A DNA stretch of 64,000 bases. It comes from Armatimonadota bacterium. GTDB taxonomy: Bacteria; Armatimonadota; UBA5829; DTJY01. The notes under the pieces are model-generated. The model worked only from the letters and a program-made list of their open reading frames with translations. It was not told where the DNA came from and did no database searches. A program made the translations under genes and the position numbers. Below are positions 61,012 through 64,000 of this stretch, in pieces; the first letter of the stretch is position 1; every line of letters starts with the position of its first letter. Location of the stretch: the NCBI GenBank assembly GCA_963663705.1, contig OY760504.1:1457319-1521318 (forward strand), written 5' to 3'.

Positions 61012-61851
61012 CTAGATATTTGAATCCTTCGCTGCGCTTACTATCGATTGAGACAGTTCAGCATCCAACATGCACACCGCGGCGAAAGCTTCACAGTAGG
61101 TCTTGAAATTACCGATATCGTAGCGGCGCTCACCGTGCAATACAGGCGAACACCAGACTCGACCGCCATCCGCAATGGCGAGTCGAGCAGCATCGGTTAT
61201 CTGTATTTCACCCAATGCTCCGGGCGGTGTCTTGCGAATATAGTCGAAAATCTCCGAAGCGAAGATATACCGTCCGCCGATAGCATAATCACTTGGCGAT
61301 TCCTCGATCTTCGGCTTTTCGATCAGACCGTCTATTTCAAAAGCTTCTGTACTAACTTGGGCTACAGGTTTAACCATTCCATATCTATACACGTCTTCCA
61401 TAGGCACCTTCTCTACGGTTATTGATGCAAACGCCGGATTACATGAATATGCATCGATTAACCTGGAGATGGGCGATGTCTGTTGGCGAGAGGTAATTAT
61501 TGTATCACCCAGCGCCACTATGAACGGCTCGCCGCCGACTGCATCCTCTGCCTGGAGGATGGCATGCGCGAGGCCCTTCTGCACATCCTGAAGAACGTAA
61601 CTCACCCGAACCTGTCCATCACAGGTACTGTCGCCAAAATAATTCCTGATACCAGGCTTTTGCGACGATACCACAAATATAATATCGCTAATGCCAGCCG
61701 AGTGCAACTCTTCTATTATATACTGTACGGCAGGTTTTGGGCCAAGCGGCAGCATCTCTTTGGCTGTGATAGAAGTGAGAGGCCTGAGTCTGGTGCCTAG
61801 ACCGGCGGCAGGTATTACGGCTTTTCGTATTTGAGCGCTATTTGCAGTCAA
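61012..61851 (-). CDS. galU: UTP--glucose-1-phosphate uridylyltransferase
   Basis: KAVIPAAGLGTRL, KGLAHA, IEKP, GEIQITDA; TTG 61851. Confidence 0.85.
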   Translation of the reverse strand: MTANSAQIRKAVIPAAGLGTRLRPLTSITAKEMLPLGPKPAVQYIIEELHSAGISDIIFVVSSQKPGIRNYFGDSTCDGQVRVSYVLQDVQKGLAHAILQAEDAVGGEPFIVALGDTIITSRQQTSPISRLIDAYSCNPAFASITVEKVPMEDVYRYGMVKPVAQVSTEAFEIDGLIEKPKIEESPSDYAIGGRYIFASEIFDYIRKTPPGALGEIQITDAARLAIADGGRVWCSPVLHGERRYDIGNFKTYCEAFAAVCMLDAELSQSIVSAAKDSNI

Positions 61852-62004
61852 ATTACGAACCCCCTGCCAAGAGGCACACGAATGGCGCGGTAGATATGGC
61901 TTGGTGATTTCTTGAATGGTGAGTGGGGGGAATGTTGCGAGACCGGCAAGATTTGTTTTTGAATCGAGCCTTGGAACACAACAAGCATCCTCGGAGTATA
62001 TTTT

Positions 62005-62080
62005 TGGAGCCGACGATCCGGTTCGAACGGACGACCTGCGCATTACGAATGCGCTGCTCTACCAGCTGAGCTACGTCGGC
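62005..62080 (-). tRNA. tRNA-Thr(CGT)
   Basis: GCCGACG...CGTCGGCTCCA, GCGCA-TTCGTAA-TGCGC. Confidence 0.96.
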
Positions 62081-62123
62081 TCGGAGCTTCATCGGTATGC
62101 CCGATAACTTCTGGTAAGTAGCA

Positions 62124-62199
<76 letters not shown>

Positions 62200-62216
62200 A
62201 CGGCTGGGAAAATTAA

Positions 62217-62294
62217 TGGCGGGGATGACGGGGCTCGAACCCGCGACCTCCTACGTGACAGGCAGGCGCTCTAAACCGACTGAGCTACACCCCC
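62217..62294 (-). tRNA. tRNA-Asp(GTC)
   Basis: GGGGGTG...CATCCCCGCCA, anticodon loop CTGTCAC. Confidence 0.96.
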
Positions 62295-62319
62295 GCGTGG
62301 GTGTGGAGATAAACTCCAG

Positions 62320-62395
62320 TGGTGGGCGAAACAGGGCTCGAACCTGTGACATCTGCCTTGTAAGGGCAGCGCTCTCCCAACTGAGCTATTCGCCC
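62320..62395 (-). tRNA. tRNA-Val(TAC)
   Basis: GGGCGAA...TTCGCCCACCA, CTGCC-CTTACAA-GGCAG. Confidence 0.96.
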
Positions 62396-62443
62396 GTGAC
62401 TCTTAGTTCACGTCTTGCGTCTTGCGGATTCACCGCACGACGT

Positions 62444-62568
62444 AGTATATCAGCAACTCGCCTTCATGTCAAGACAAAAAAAAGCAGGTGTTTCCACCTG
62501 TTCAGCATTGCGCTCATCATCGGCGATTGTGACTGGCATAGTATACCATTCTGCGCCTGAAGTGTCAA
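62444..62568 (-). promoter_or_regulatory. Tandem sigma70 promoters of the tRNA operon
   Basis: TTGACA-17-TATACT twice (62472-62444; 62568-62540). Confidence 0.8.
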
Positions 62569-62739
62569 GACTTTCGGTCATTCTTTCGCGGCTTTTTGCC
62601 TCTATCGCCCATTTGCAGGCCTCATCATCAAGTATTTTCAAGCCTCGGCGCATGTTCCTCAATCAACGGAAAGTTTTCGAAAAGAATTCTGAAATAATCC
62701 AAAAAGACGGGAACTACTTGGGCTGAAGTTCCGTAGTAT

Positions 62740-62878
62740 AAGTAGAACAAGTTAACATTCTTATTCCTTTTCTCAAAACCTTCTTTCCAAACGCTGTGGT
62801 TATGCTCCTAGGAAAGCTGATCATAGCGACCTCCCAAGCCCCGTTGGCAAGCCGTCCAGCCAACGGGGCTATTTTTTT
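62740..62878 (+). ncRNA. Candidate small RNA
   Basis: 11-bp stem with G-U pairs (62792-62828), 12-bp perfect terminator stem, no convincing ORF. Confidence 0.45.
62837..62878 (+). terminator. Intrinsic terminator
   Basis: AGCCCCGTTGGC-N10-GCCAACGGGGCT-ATTTTTTT. Confidence 0.85.
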
Positions 62879-63119
62879 GCCTGCCAGCGATTATATATTT
62901 AACTTTGGCCTCAGGAAATCTCTTATGGGCAACTTTTTTATTCAAGTAAGAGTTGACTACTTGTGCCCGGTTAGTTCATAATATAATTAGTGCTTACGGG
63001 CACCGTTCGGAATCAGCCATCCAACCGACTGATTACATGGACATTCATCGTGCAAAAAGCACTGTTTATTTCGCGTGAGTGCCATCAAATTTCGCAATAA
63101 TACAAGGTTCAATATAACA

Positions 63120-63830
63120 ATGAAAAGCTTAGTAGTTGTACCTACATTAAACGAAGAAACCAATATTGCCAACCTCATAAGCAGGGTACGCAATCTGACA
63201 TCTCCACCGGATATAGTAGTAGTAGATGATTCCTCACCCGATAATACAGCCGAGATCGTGCAGAAAATTTCGGCTAAAGATAGCAGCGTGTTCTTAATCT
63301 CGAGAGATGGAAAACGGAGCTTTGCTGCTTCCTATGTAGACGGGTTGAAGTTCGCACTCCAAAACGGCTACGACGCTGTGGTGTGTATGGACGCCGATTT
63401 ATCGCACAGCCCCGACGATGTGCCAAGATTACTCGACGCACTGAAGGACGCCGACATTGTGATAGGATCTCGTTATTTAGGCGGCATGGCAAAAGTAGTA
63501 AACTGGCCGCTTCACCGACTCATTTTGAGTCGGGCATCCAGCCGGTACGTCCGACTGGTCACAGGTCTGCCGCTTACCGACCCCATGGCAGGGTTCAAAG
63601 CGTTCAGACGAGAGATTCTTGAGCGTCTAAACCTCGATGCCATAGTCTCCCAGGGATTTGCATTTCAGACGGAATCGGTGTACAGGCTCTTCAAGGCCGG
63701 TGCACGCCTCGGAGAAATCCCCATCGTCTTCACGGAACGCCAGGCGGGAAAGAGCAAGATGTCTCTACGCAAAATTGTAGAAGCCATGGTCATGCCGTTT
63801 AAAGTAAGATCTTACGTAAAGCGTGGTTAA
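63120..63830 (+). CDS. Polyprenol monophosphomannose synthase (GT2)
   Basis: VVPTLNEE, VDDSSPD, MDADLSH, GSRY, FTERQAGKSKM; ATG 63120. Confidence 0.92.
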   Translation: MKSLVVVPTLNEETNIANLISRVRNLTSPPDIVVVDDSSPDNTAEIVQKISAKDSSVFLISRDGKRSFAASYVDGLKFALQNGYDAVVCMDADLSHSPDDVPRLLDALKDADIVIGSRYLGGMAKVVNWPLHRLILSRASSRYVRLVTGLPLTDPMAGFKAFRREILERLNLDAIVSQGFAFQTESVYRLFKAGARLGEIPIVFTERQAGKSKMSLRKIVEAMVMPFKVRSYVKRG

Positions 63831-63832
63831 AA

Positions 63833-64000
63833 ATGGAAAAATTAAAAACAAATAAGTACTTATACTGGATATCATTGGCCATAATTCCTATTCTTGCGCT
63901 GGCTTACAAGATGAACAGTTTCCCGCTGACGGACCATGACGAGGCTCTGTACTCAGGCGTCGCGCGCGAGCTGTTGAAGCACAAGGACTGGTGGACCCTC
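63833..64000 (+). CDS. ArnT/PMT-family glycosyltransferase (3' truncated)
   Basis: TM then PLTDHDEALYSGVARELLKHKDWW, matching ArnT DE-x-Y motif. Confidence 0.75.
   Translation, partial: MEKLKTNKYLYWISLAIIPILALAYKMNSFPLTDHDEALYSGVARELLKHKDWWTL

Overview
Core-genome segment of a diderm (LPS-making) Terrabacteria-type bacterium; gene content and order suggest Armatimonadota or a relative (inference). The + strand carries a TetR/TolC/HlyD/ABC-permease efflux unit, a DUF362 protein, tyrS, a separately promoted nuoHIJKLMN-DUF1648-menG-hepT operon, tRNA-Pro and a SpoIID/LytB protein. A long - strand run follows: lexA, gyrA, NlpC/P60, a large outer-membrane cluster (tamB-ECF sigma-bamA-skp-lpxD-lpxC-fabZ-lpxA-lpxB-msbA-DUF374-waaA-lpxK-GT-kdsB-kdsA), lipAB, comF, pfkB, ahcY, nucleotide-sugar genes and four tRNAs. 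No integrase, transposase, cas gene or prophage is visible. The most striking non-coding signal is a dense set of at least six palindromic (REP/REPIN-like) families assembled into mosaic modules. These are copied as 90-230 bp blocks and bracket single accessory genes as direct repeats (5.8/7.1 kb) or inverted repeats (28.1/31.2 kb). Other notable signals: a 1-kb methyltransferase islet flanked by a 53-bp duplicate of a gene 3' end with mostly synonymous changes, a candidate sRNA with an ECF-type promoter, a candidate SOS box at gyrA, a Rex box at nuoH, and no LpxH/I/G gene in the lipid A cluster. All calls were made by eye, without database searches.
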